A stretch of 64,000 bases of DNA from Schmidtea polychroa. Its lineage: Eukaryota. Positions within the stretch are counted from its first letter, which is position 1. Each line of letters opens with the position of its first letter. A program made the translations under genes and the position numbers. Location: positions 16,370,001 through 16,434,000 of the forward strand of contig CM097885.1 of NCBI GenBank assembly GCA_044892525.1. The letters run 5' to 3'. Below the pieces are notes generated by a model. The model saw only the letters and a list, made by a program, of their open reading frames with translations, was not told where the DNA came from and ran no database searches. This document shows, piece by piece, positions 10,843 to 23,719 of this stretch.

Positions 10843-13800
10843 TTATCTTTGTAAAAAATGATTAATAGTTACAAAAATAATGGATACACCGGACCATATT
10901 AAGATACCACCATAAAAGATCTTTGATTTGAAAGGTGATTGATGTATTTGTCCCATATTGCCATCAGTGACTCCGTTTGTTCGTAACGTATTTTCACTAA
11001 TTTTATCTTTAAGAACCTTCAATTTATTTTTTGAACAAATAACTAAACATGTTGGGATCACATACTGGATAAAAGTACCAGCGTAAGATCCAGTAAACCC
11101 AACTAAGAATGTGATATTACTGTTGACAAATACCACTAATAAAGGTGGTATGAGAGCCAACAAGGGATAAAACATATTTTCCATGAACCAGTTCTCATTT
11201 TGTCTGCCAGTTCCGCAAGTTATTAAATTTTTTAAATTGTTTCTTAGAGTTATTCCAATAATTGGGAAACTAGCACTGATAGCAATTACAGGATATAAAG
11301 ATAAATAATACTGAAAGAAAGCGACATTCGTTATGGATGGCTGAAGAAGATTGCTGCCTGGCTGAAAATTGAGAGACACAAGAGAGTTGATATTTACAAA
11401 TGTAAAACTTGATAGAACAGATAAAGTCATGTAAAACAAAAGAATAATGACGAAGTTAATAAAAAATAAAGAAAAAATATTTTTCTTTTTCTTTAAAGGA
11501 GTTATAAGAGATGGCAACGAATGGTGACACATAAAAGAATAAATGCACACTCCGAGTAAATTTGGTGATTTTGCCAAATCTGCAAGCTTCACTTCTCCAT
11601 ACTTGTTTCCGGTAGCTAAATAAATGCTCATGAGACTAAACATGATTCCAAAAGCCACCCATCTCATTGCAATAGTTAAATATTGGATGATTTTTGTCTT
11701 TGTTAAATTGAAGAATACGAATGGACAAGAAACTGTTGCGAATAAGGCCTGAAAATACATTTAATTAGTAAATTCTATAGACATCATACAAGTGGAATTA
11801 TTTGACATATACTTTACAATTATAATTTTTAATTTCTTTGTCTTTGATCTGTTTTCATTTACTATTTCGTTTATTTTAATTTTTCTCTGGCTATAAAAAA
11901 CAGATAATAAATGATATAATAAGTTTTTTTGAGTTTTAGTTTTATTTAATACAACTGAGAATTCTCGAATACAAAAGAAAACTATGAGGACTATAAAATT
12001 TCATAGGGGAAAAACTTAATAAAACTTAATTAATTAATAATTCAAAACAATAATAATTGAAGTGGAATAATTAATTAAAAATTAATATGTTTCGGAATGA
12101 ATGCATATGATCGGATGGCAAATGATAAGACAATCACGAATAAAGCATTTTAAGCAGGAGTGGCTCAAGAAATTTTTTCCAACCCTAGCGCCCTAGGCGA
12201 ATTTTTATGAAGCGCCTATCTTAAAGAATTTTAGAAAAAAAATTTAATTGACTAATTAATTGATAAAAACAAATAAATTAAATTAAGAACATGATCCAGG
12301 AGCTTGACAGGTAAAATTTTAGTCTGTCAAGTTAATTAAATTTCGCTACCAAATTCCGGCTCTTTGTGGGCAATAAATTAAATTTAGCCTAAAATGATCA
12401 TTAGAGAGCTCTATATAATACTCTCTATAACCAAACCGAATAGTCAAAGCTGTATTCTGGTTGAATGCAAAAAATGAAAACAATAGGTTAAAGTGAGTAA
12501 AGAGATTAAAAAGTGAGAAAGGAAGGATTTTTGTCAAAGTAATAAGATTTGTTCATTTCTTAATTTTAAATTCAAATTTAAATTTTAAAAAAATAACAAA
12601 AAATAAAACTGTTAAAAGAGATTATATAAAATAATAAAAGAAGATATCATCCTGTCTGAGCTGAGTGTTGAGGAAGGATTGTATTTATTGATGAAAGAGG
12701 TTTTAGATGGTAACCTTTGTAAGGAATTTTTAAACTCGTCTAGTCTTTATTATCCTTGTATGAAGTCATCTTCTGTACTTTTAACTAAGGTTCGTTAAAA
12801 ATACTTTTTTTTAATTATGTACATGAGATAGATCGAATATCATGATATTTGGGATCTACTGTATCTTATAATATATATGACTATGAATAATTATCATTAT
12901 AAGTATATAACAATAAAAAAGTAAACCAAACCAAGAGAAGCCGATAGGCATCCAATCTCGAAAGACTTAAAGTATTCCAACAAGGATCGGAATCTTTAAG
13001 AATTGAATCGATCAGTCCATTTGATGAGTTCTGGTTGCTGGCATTTATTTTGAATGTACTGAAATAGTTCTTTTTAGTATATGACATTAGGATCATGAAC
13101 TAATTTTATCTGTTTCATCCCAGAAATTATACAATTAATTCATAAATTCAAAAATTTCGAAAGAACAATAAACAATATATAAATACAAACCCACCATGAA
13201 ACATCTCGCATTGTAGTTGCAACTGCCGCCGCGTAAATAGCGAGATCCCCATATAGATATACGCACATGCATAAGTAGAATAACACCAGACCAAATTTAT
13301 TGAAGAACAAAATGGCCATTTGTCCCTAAAATATTAATAAAAAAAATTTAAAAGGAATCACTGATATTAATGTTCCCTTTTTATCACTGAGCATATGAAA
13401 GCTATGATACAAAATTTTGAAACGTAACATGTTATATTTCAATATAAAAATTGTTTGCACAAACAGAAATTTCATAACTACAATTAAAAGGATCTCCTTG
13501 AGCATCTTAGAGGGATCTTTGATTGAATTCATCTCAAGCTTCGAGAATAAATGAATATCATGGAGTTTTGTATTTGACTTATTCGTTAAGTTTATTCAAT
13601 TCTTAAACTGCCTATCCATCAATAGTGGTCCACACTCCTTTTCTGTGTACATGTCCATTTTGAAACCTTTAAAATCCCCTTGCGAACCCTTAGTTAAAAA
13701 CCGCCTATATGGATGAATGAACTATAATGGAAAAAGTATCGCTCAAGAAATCTATGATTATCCGACGAGAATATTATTGCGTCCGTTATTCCTATTAGAT

Positions 13801-16800
13801 ATTAATTATAAACAAAACTATATAATCATTTTTCTATTAATTAACATTGGAAATTAAATTACCATTTCAAAAATCTCTGTGATTTCAAAATACGATTCTT
13901 CAACTAGAGCCTCCTTAGATTCCTCGAGACTGATATCTTGGAATGAATTCGTTGAACGCTTACTCCTTTCTAAAAAACGGATCCAATTTTATTTTTAATA
14001 ATTATCAATTTGGGGAAATTATATTTTTGAAAAACTATAATAATGAAGGGTAAATTCGTACGACATTCAACAGGAATAAGAAAATATGAATTAATTAATC
14101 ATTTTGGTTGGAAATTAATTAGCGTGTGCGCGTAGCGAACTCATCTAAAGCAATTCGCAGCGAATTGGCCTGTTATGTTAACTTATATAAGTAATAAATT
14201 GACTATGAATCAGTAAAGATATCGATAATTTAATAAATACAATGTCAATTGAGAAGAAATCAGAGAGGTAAATTGAAAGTTCTTATAATTATATAAGTAA
14301 GTCGGGCACTATAATAAGTAAAATCAAATTAGAATCAAACAATTTCTTCGAAATTCAATTAACTTTTAACTTTAACTTTTTGTTTTCATTAAATTATTTT
14401 TAATATATTTTTTATTTCAATTTTGATCTTCATTTTGGTAATCAAAACAATTTTACTATATTAGTACAATAATAATAATTTAAACTGAAATATTTCTGAT
14501 ACTAATTGTCTGGTGACACTTTTATAATAATTTACAAATAATTGTTAATTAAAAAAATTAATCTGTTTATATAATATCTTTAGCGTGTTAAGCGAAGTTA
14601 TTAAACTCAAGCATATCAAATTCAATGATTATTTATTCAAACATTTCAAATCAAATAATTACTAACTCAAGCAGGGGCGGCTCAAGAAATTTTGTCCAAG
14701 CCTAGCGCCCTAGGCGAATTTTTATGAAGCGCCTACCTTAAAGAATGCCAACTGAAACATTATGTTTTAATAATTTAAATTTCTTAATTCAACGAGTAGG
14801 TATTTCATAATAAATTTTTTATTGAGTAAAATAAAAAATTTGTCCATTTCAAAATATAATAATATATGCAGTTTCAAAATACATAAATAATAGTACAAAA
14901 TAATATAGGATTGACAATTGTGAAAGAGAAAAATTAAAGATATCATAATAAATAATTTTTTTTATATATTCGAGAAATAATTTAGAAAAATATTTTTGCG
15001 CCCTAGGCGGCTTAATTCACCTATATGGTAGAGCTGTCCCTGAAATCAAGCATTTCAAATCCAACAACTGCTAATTCAAATATTAACAATCAGGACATTC
15101 CAAACGTGTAATTACAGAATCTGTCACAGAAGACAATACTTTAGACATTACCGACATGAAACAAACTAATAAAATTCAAAAAATTGATTCTCATATTTTA
15201 GATTTTAATACAATTTTGCTATCACTGCACTAACTATAATAATGGCTGTATTCCTTACTTAAATATAGATCATATAAATAATATAATATAATATAAACCC
15301 CCCTCCCCACTCTTGTTTCAAAATTGTAAATGCTTGAGGCGAAAATTGGATTTTTGAGGAAAATGTAATTTTTGTGTCAATTTTACGTTTTGGCGTTGTT
15401 GGATGGGACAGAAGCGAAAAACGTCCATAATACTATTTTACAAAAAAATATTTTTTCTGCATTGTAGAAAGATGCTTTTATTTTAAATATTTTTTACAAA
15501 ATTATTTTTTAATCAATAAAATCTGCTTATAATCATTAAGTAGAAGTTTTGTTAAATTTCTTGTTTCACAGAAAGATAAAAAGATTAGCGATTTTTATAT
15601 ATTTTTTGTATTTTTTTATTTGATGTAGTTAAACAACTTCCATGGTTTGATTCTCATCTAAAAATATAAAAAATATCTTAATATGAAAATTTAATATTTA
15701 AATTAAATAATTTTATTTACCTATGTTAACTTCATTTTCCTTTTCACTTAATTGAGTTTCTGAAGTTTCGAAAATCACTTCCAACTTTTTTGAATTATAC
15801 CTTTCTGGTTTCTGTTTAGAATTAATCATTAAAACAAATTATAATAATTTATTGTTATCAATTATACAATTTTTCTTATGAATGACAAATGCAAAATCTA
15901 ATTTATTTCATATAAAATATTATTACACATTAAAACAAATCTCGAAGAAATTCTTTAATTGTTGATTAATGAAAAAAAATGATTTAGTAAACGACATCAT
16001 TCCTTTATTAATTAAATTATATAATTAATTTTGTATATTATTCTTTCGCTTTCTCTTCCGTATAAAAGTTATTAGATATTCTATTTAATTAATTTTTTTG
16101 CGCTTTTATCTTTTTTTCTTTTTGTTTTAGGCGTTTTATAGCCGCAAATGATCTGTAATTTTAAAAGATTTTTTTTTCAATTTTGACCACTGATTTCTTT
16201 TTAATTGACATTGTATTTATGCTTTTACAGAAAAGGAGGTACAATTTATTGTACTTGTCATTGGATGTCATTCGTATAGAATTATTAATCTATTAATGTG
16301 ACCTTGAATATTAATAATGTTAATTATTCATTGGATAGTGTTTATTTCTAATTTTATGATGTTTTATTTTAATTTGATTATGTTAATTTATATTTAAATT
16401 ATTATCAAATACTTAATTTAGGTTTCGATTCAACCTTGATTATGTTAATAAATGAGATAAAAAAGTGATTTGAAATTTACTATTTCATTTCCTTTGAAGA
16501 AGTAAAATAAGATCTTAATTTTTATGAAGCTCACGATTTTGATTCTGCATAACGGTTAGGACTTTTAATAAAAGACAACGATTTTTTTGTGTAAATTGAT
16601 ACAAACTTAAAAGTTTTATGATAAATTTCGTGATTATTACACAAGGAAACTTTTAACTAAGCAAATTTCTTGTTAGAATCAGCCTAAAGTATTTAAAGCT
16701 TTCTCCATTCTGCCACTAACCACGTTCCTTATATAAACAGCAATATATGGCATACAATCTGAATTTCTTTACAATTTTAGAGAAAGCTCTAATCACACCT

Positions 16801-19511
16801 TTATTTTCACGCAAAATCTCATACCAATGGCTCTAAAATGGTCCAGTACAACATTTTATAATAAATTATTATTTTCTAAGTAATATCATAGGAGTCAAAG
16901 TTTATCGGATATAAACAATAGACACAGTCCATTTATTAAAACATTCTTTCCACTGATATTTGATGCACATAAATATCTGCTAGTTATATGATTGGCTGTC
17001 GATGTGGTATACATACAGTAGTCGTGGTCTAGTTGCATGCTAGAAACTTGTAGCAGACTGCAATTATTATTTACATAATTAAAAATATTAAATATCAATA
17101 AAGTTGAGTCAAATAATAAATTTATTTAAATAATTTGGAATTTTTCAAACTTTATTTATTCCTAATAAAAGTGAAATGTATTTCATAGTATTTTTATTTT
17201 GAAGTCCGTCAAATTGAAGGGTTTCGTAAATTTAGTGTTAAAGATTATTAACTAAGTCAGTGTTGTCCAAACACTTGGCTGAATTAAAAATTTTCGCGGC
17301 ACACCTAAATTTTTTTTGCTTTGCAATTTTTATTGCACTTTTACTAATCTTTTAATAATAAATGAAAATTTATAAACTATTATTTAATATTTAAGATTCT
17401 AAATAAACATAATTAAGCTGCTTGCGTATTTTAGATAGTCAATATTTCTAGTAAGAAATATAAATATGATTGTAAACAAAAAAATTTCGCACTTAATTGA
17501 CTGATTAACATTTAAATTTGAAATAACTGTTAAAATATCCACAATTCAATTTCCTTTTATTAAGTTGTTTGGAAAAACAGGGTTTTTTTGACTTTTTTTA
17601 AAAAATATTTCACGGCACACCTGGGCACCCGCCACGGCACACAGTTTGGACAACACTGAACTAAGTGATCAGTTAAAATTACACTACCTTGAAAATTCTA
17701 TAAATAGAGGTGGGCAAGATATGGGCCGCAGGCTAAACTTTGAGTATCCCTGTTCTAGAAATTTCATCGAGGTTTGATGTATTTTTATTACCTTAGAAAG
17801 AACCAGATGCCAACTATGCTTAAGGTCTATTTCTATTTAAATCCCACACCGTCTTCTCATCAATAATATTCTCAGCTTCTTCATAACTTACGACAATATT
17901 ATTTCAACTGTCATCATACTCATCTTTATCATACTCAACATCTTTTCCATTGCTATCATGTCTTAGGAAAGAACATTTACTGTGTAAAGTATTTATTTGA
18001 ACATTTCATTTGTTTTCATTATCTTCATTTTCACAGTAACTTTAGGATCCAGTTTTTTAATCAAATTCTTTTTCTCTCCGATTTGAAAAATTTACACCGC
18101 TAAACTCCAGAAGAAGAGAGTCAATGCACCAACTTCTACAGCACAATTACAAGGAAGATGAGCATAATTTGAATTTCATGGCAAAAGGGTGTACAAGAAA
18201 ATGTAACTAATGTTCAAAAGTCAAAGCTTCACAACATTCAGATACAAGTGATAGCATTACCGACGATAATGATGAATTTTTTGATAAAGATTTCAATGAA
18301 AAAGAAATTGAGAAAGACAATTGTTGATTAAAAATCTGTTAAGTTTTTAATTTATAATTTATTATTGGAAAATTTCATTCACAATACATCTTTGCACAGT
18401 AGTACTTTTGTATGGAATGATACAAGAACTTGAACATTATCCTAAATTAAAAACCTATTAAGTACAAAAATAAATTAAAAATTTGAAAAATTGAAATATT
18501 TTATGACGAAAAAAATAAATTTAAATCGATGAGTTGTCCAGACAATGCAATTGCAAATTACAAACTAATTGATTATTTAATTAAAAATTTAGTGACAACA
18601 TTTATGATCTCCTTAAGAAAACAAAATCTCCGGGCTTGACAGGCGCAATAGTGGTCTGTTAAATGTTGACAAAATATATAAAATTTAGGGTGTTTATTCA
18701 GATGGATGATCAGAACAATAGTTGATACGCAATAACCTTACATAAAAGGATGCAAACCTGACTAAATTTACCAAAATTGATCGAAAAATCATTTTAAATG
18801 AAATGTAGAAAAGTATTTTTCCAAATATAATTATAAATAAAATATCATAGAAAATATTATTGTAAAAATTTAAAAATTTCTCTCTTGTCAAAAATTTCCA
18901 TTTTATTGCAATGAGGTAATATAAAAAAATCTTGAATTGGATAAATAAACAATTATGTAATCATAATTAAATAAATAAACAATTAAAATATTTCCCTGAA
19001 TAAAGTTTGTTTATATTAAGTCTGTTAAAAATGTAATATTTATTAAACTTTCACAATAGTGGTCATCGTTGTTTTAATTTACTAATAATATATCAAGTTT
19101 TATTGTAAGGAAGAAATAAATAAAAACGTTTTAGTCAAGAAAATAAAGTAAAAAGTTTTACCAGTTTGCATTTTTGTTTTAATTTCGTAATTCCGTTGGC
19201 GAGACTCATTGCTTCAACAACGTAGGTCGCTGATATATAACTGAAAGGACATTATTTTCTTTCACATATTTCATTCATTGAGAATATTTACCTCAAAAAG
19301 CATAGAGTCGTCAATACAATGCCACTGAAAAGTAACCCAGCATCCTGGAAAGCTTTCGGCAAGGTCAGCACGCCAGTACCAACAATAAGATTGAAAATAT
19401 ACACACATCCAACCTTGAAATAAATTCATTTGTTAATTAAAACTTAATTAAATTAATTAATTATTAAATTACCAATTGAGAATAACCAGGTGTTTTGTTT
19501 TTATTTGACAT
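10843..19511 (-). CDS. TMEM104: TMEM104-like protein, paralogue B, complete multi-exon gene
   Basis: Phase-compatible GT-AG exons: 19511-19473 (MSNKNKTPGYSQL), 19413-19292 (YIFNLIVGTGVLTLP), 19240-19162 (TYVVEAMS), 15811-15721, 13969-13863 (FEITEIFEM), 13325-13195 (YLYGDLAIYAAAV), 13058-12932 (CW..RLDAYR), 11748-10843. Confidence 0.92.
12155..12229. mobile_element. 5' fragment of the MITE family seen at 14672-15042
   Basis: Near-identical to 14672-14745 (GGCTCAAGAAATTTT..CCTAGCGCCCTAGGCGAATTTTTATGAAGCGCCTA). Confidence 0.75.
14190..14283. repeat. Unclassified interspersed repeat, with related copies at ~53810-53900 and ~55950-56100
   Basis: Shared AATAAATACAATGTCAAT(T/G)GA.AAGAAATCAG block, with an adjacent ATCGATAT.TTTACTGATT block that is inverted in this copy. 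Confidence 0.55.
14672..15042. mobile_element. hAT (Tip100-like) MITE
   Basis: Ends CAGGGGCGGCTC / GAGCTGTCCCTG; GCGCCCTAGGCG subterminal motif at both ends; TSD AACTCAAG / AAATCAAG (7 of 8 match). Confidence 0.8.
17258..17658. mobile_element. hAT MITE
   Basis: Perfect 15-bp TIR CAGTGTTGTCCAAAC; perfect 8-bp TSD AACTAAGT; CGGCACAC subterminal repeats. Confidence 0.92.
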
Positions 19512-20523
19512 AGTAAGTTTATAAGAATTTAATTTTCAAAAAAAACTCATTTATTTAAAACAAAAACATAAATAATTAAATTATATATTTAAATTATATT
19601 AAATTATTATATAAAATTATATATTAAATTATATATCTCTTTTTCTTTTTCTAAACACATATTTACAGAGGAATATTGTGAAATTATTTATGAGAAATTA
19701 AAAATTGATAAAGAATTCTGATAAAAAAATTTTATAATATTATATTTAATAAATATTTTTTAATATTTTTAAACATTTTTGATATATAGTAATATATTAA
19801 GTTATGAATAAATAAATAATTATATTATAAATATATTGTAAATTATTATTATAAATAAATAAAATTACAATATATTTTAAAAACTTTAAATAAAAATAAA
19901 TATCATCTTCAAAAATAAAAATAGAAGTTTCAATATAAGAAATGCTTCTAAGTAAAATGTTTGAAATGTCATTTTCCTTTTTCAATTCTATAAATTTATG
20001 GACAAAAATCGATAAATCCTCTAGGTTTTCTATTCAAAATGTTATGTTGTTAAAATAGTTCTTTATAGGTTCGATTGTTTAACGTGGTGATTTATGCACC
20101 CAAGACTATTCAAACGCAGGCGGTATAATAGAAAAAAGTACTTTATGAAAACTTTTTTATGACTTTTATTATACAGTAATAAAATATCCCTGTCTGTAGT
20201 TGTGTATGGTATATGCTCAAAATAAAAATACTGCATAATATTATAGGTTACAGACCTATGGGTTGCATTATGCACCTCACAAAAACATGGTATATTTCAT
20301 ACAGAAATTGAGTAATTTTGAAATAACAGGCCACATGCATGACAATTAAAAAGCTTGACAAAGTCACGGTAGCTGTGACAAAAATCTATCACAATTTTCA
20401 CATTTTATTCTCAATTTTCTATCTTGTTAGGTGAAATCTATTTTTCATAAATAATAATTTAATTACATAAATTACTTTTATAAACATATGAACTGGCTCG
20501 GTATATATAGTTATAACACGTAC

Positions 20524-20667
<144 letters not shown>

Positions 20668-21258
20668 TGCAATTCGATTTTGAATCTACCGAGAAGACAG
20701 CTTAGGATGATTTTGAAATGAAACTTTTAGCACCAAACTTGTCTAGGATTCAATGAATTTATAGTAATACAAAAAATCTAAAAAACTTAGTAGAATCTTG
20801 TACATCTGAAATGTAAAGTCACAAATATGAAAATTATGACCATACTTGCCACAATTTGTTAATTAATGAATGGATTGTTAACATAGACACAGAATCATGT
20901 GCAAAGCAGTTAAAACACAATATTTAATACAAAAACGATGAGCAAAACTAATTCAAAAGAGGAAACGGTGCAAAAATAATATCTTTCATGTGCAGGTGGC
21001 AAATGATGAGACGAGTACGAATATAATAATTTGAAATAGGTAGCACTAAAAAATACAAACTAATCAATTTAATTATAAACGTAATTCCTGAGTTTCGTAG
21101 GTGAAATGTTAACCTGTCAAGGTAAAACAAAATGAATTTAATTTATTAAGGAGTTTACAAATCCTTGTAGGTAAGTAATTTAATTTGAAATTAAGTTACG
21201 AAAAAGAAGTTCTATAAAAGGAACTAAAAATGTAGCCAAACGGCCATAATGTTGGAAG

Positions 21259-21497
21259 CAGTGCTCGAAGTGGAACAAAATATGTGCCGGGATAGGCATG
21301 CTGTGGCACCACGGATTCCAGGGTTTTATGCAGAAATTTTCAGTTGGGGGTGTTGCAAAACTTTGGGGGGTGTCCAACAAATTTTTTTGGGGGGGGGGGG
21401 GGGTGTCCACCCATTTAATCATAAGTTTCAGAATATACCTACCTATCCATTACTGCTGCTTGGGAAATTCTTAATTGAATAGAGAATAGAGAATAAA

Positions 21498-21574
<77 letters not shown>

Positions 21575-21741
21575 TGGATGTACTATGTGTGATCTTAATT
21601 GCAGTATTTGTGTGCCTATAAAATGAAATAAGTACCGGATAAACCTATAGATTATATGAAATGAAGTGCCGGGATGCAATTCCGCCTACATAATCAATGC
21701 CGGGATAATATCCCGGCTATCCCGCCTCACTTCGAGCACTG
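21259..21741. mobile_element. hAT MITE containing a (TA)n tract and a G-rich insert
   Basis: 14-bp TIR CAGTGCTCGAAGTG / CACTTCGAGCACTG; TSD GTTGGAAG / ATTGGAAG; GCCGGGAT subterminal repeats. Confidence 0.88.
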
Positions 21742-21934
21742 ATTGGAAGACAAAGAGTAAGTTAACAATTAAAAGAACCAAAAAAATCCTATTAAAATTA
21801 ATTGAAATTCATTTTACTGTTTGAGGTGGTTTCCCTTACTATTGTTGTGTAAATCAGTAAAAATATCAAATCCAATATAATAATTTAAGTGCAAAAATTA
21901 ATAAACAAATTAAATTTTTTTAAATAAATATTTT

Positions 21935-23140
21935 ACGGGGGAACTGGTATCGGCTATGGATATATGATTGATGATTAATTTGACTCCTTTCGCATTCATA
22001 GTAGCTTTAGAGCATATGAGACTATAACATTTTTGTCTCAAGAAAACTCATTCACTATATCCAAGTCCCAAGTCCAAGTCTCGTCCTTAAACTTACCGAT
22101 AACAGAGTCAAATTTTCTAGAGTATAAATAATAAGAAAAATCATAATTAGATGTGTTAAAAAGATTGTCTCTAATCATTGCCGGTAATAATACATCTAAT
22201 TTACAGTTTTTAATTTCTAAAAAAAGAGTCAGTATCTCCGGCAACAATATTAATTTTACAATTAAACTCACGCCTACACTTGTCAAATTAAATATATTGA
22301 AGTTGGTACATGCGTAGTTTAGAAAGATATAGTACTGATTGCCCAATATAGCTGGGTCTATCTAAACAGATTTGGTCTTTATTCAAGTGTGCCGCAACTA
22401 AATCGCAGGTAATCTTGATAGATTTTTTTAAATTGTGGCTTTGATGCATATGTGATAAATTTTTCGGCTGAGTTACATAGTCATAAATTCATGCGGTTTT
22501 TTTAATTTTTCGATTGATTTACCATATAGGCTAATATCATAAATCTTAAATAAATCTCTAGAAGTCTCGATAGTATAATTTTACACGCAACTGTGTTTTT
22601 GTCAATATATGATTTTAAAATTGGTGCTGGTTGAAATTAAATGACACGATGAACATTAATCAATAATTAATTTGATTATCGTTGATATCGTTTACTAGTA
22701 GACTAATTGTTGAATTTGCAATATAATAATTTCGCTCAATATCAGAAGATAATACCAAGAAGCCAGATCGATTTATTGCCAAAATCCTCGGTGAGTTTAG
22801 TAATTTTAATAAATTTCTATCAAATTATCCCTTTGGATATTGACACGGGGGGTCAATTAACTCTTCGAAGAGAATTATATCAAAATACTTAATAAATAGT
22901 CGAGTGGGAACCCACTAGAAATGTAGCGTGGAATAATTGTAAGGCAGCAGCTCATCTGTCCCCTGTTTTTCAATGACAGTGTACAGTACCAGCATAACAG
23001 TTGTCATGGGTACATTGATCGAAAGTACGCATGTCATGGGCGTTTGTTTTAAGAACCAAACTCTTGAACTAGTCTGCCATATATAAGTAGGGATCAATAG
23101 GACATTGGATCGCACCACATACGTTCTTTTTTAGGCACAA
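21935..23140 (-). pseudogene. Decayed Polinton/Maverick-type family B DNA polymerase
   Basis: Frame-broken motifs in the expected order: VHRVI*FQPAPILKSYIDKNT, YGKSIE, LDRPSYIGQSVLYLSKLRMY, IVAGDTDSFF, VIGKFKDE, LRQKCYS, AKGV. Confidence 0.8.
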
Positions 23141-23719
23141 TTTTACAATATAAAATTTTCCTGTGTAAAACAAGACGACATTTTAAAACAGAACCAATAT
23201 GCTTATCAATTTTCATGAGAATCACAGAAGATCAAGATTGAGTATATTAAAATATTCGACATAATGAGGAGACAAATCTATAGATTTAATGAAATTTAAT
23301 TACAGAATATAAATAATGAAATGTAATTAATTTCTTTATATGTCCCAATTCATAACATATTAACGATTACCATGCAATTTTCATTTATACCTATTTTTTT
23401 AAAATTTGTACGATTATTTAAATATATATTTTATTTTATTTTGAATGAATCTTGTATTTTTAACAAATATTTGAATGTGAAATGAATGCAAAAAGGTTTA
23501 AAATTATTACTTCAAACTATTTTAGAAAAACGAAAATTTATGTTTTTAATTTTTTTAAAAAAAAAAGAATTAAATTACAAAATTTGTTTGTATTTATAAA
23601 GCAATCGTGTCGGCTGTTGTTAATTTAAAATTTGTCGTTTATCACAATATTAATTTTTAAAAGAGAAGTATGTATTTCTATATTTTAACCAATTATTTCA
23701 ATTGCATTTAATTTCAAGA

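Noticed and set aside
15630..15657. Extra TMEM104-B micro-exon (DENQTME)
   Set aside because: It has a good acceptor, but the available donor is not phase-compatible with the next exon; the gene reads through without it.
16700..17100. Possible P-element/THAP9 C-terminal remnant (LDHDYC)
   Set aside because: Only one short motif; not enough support.
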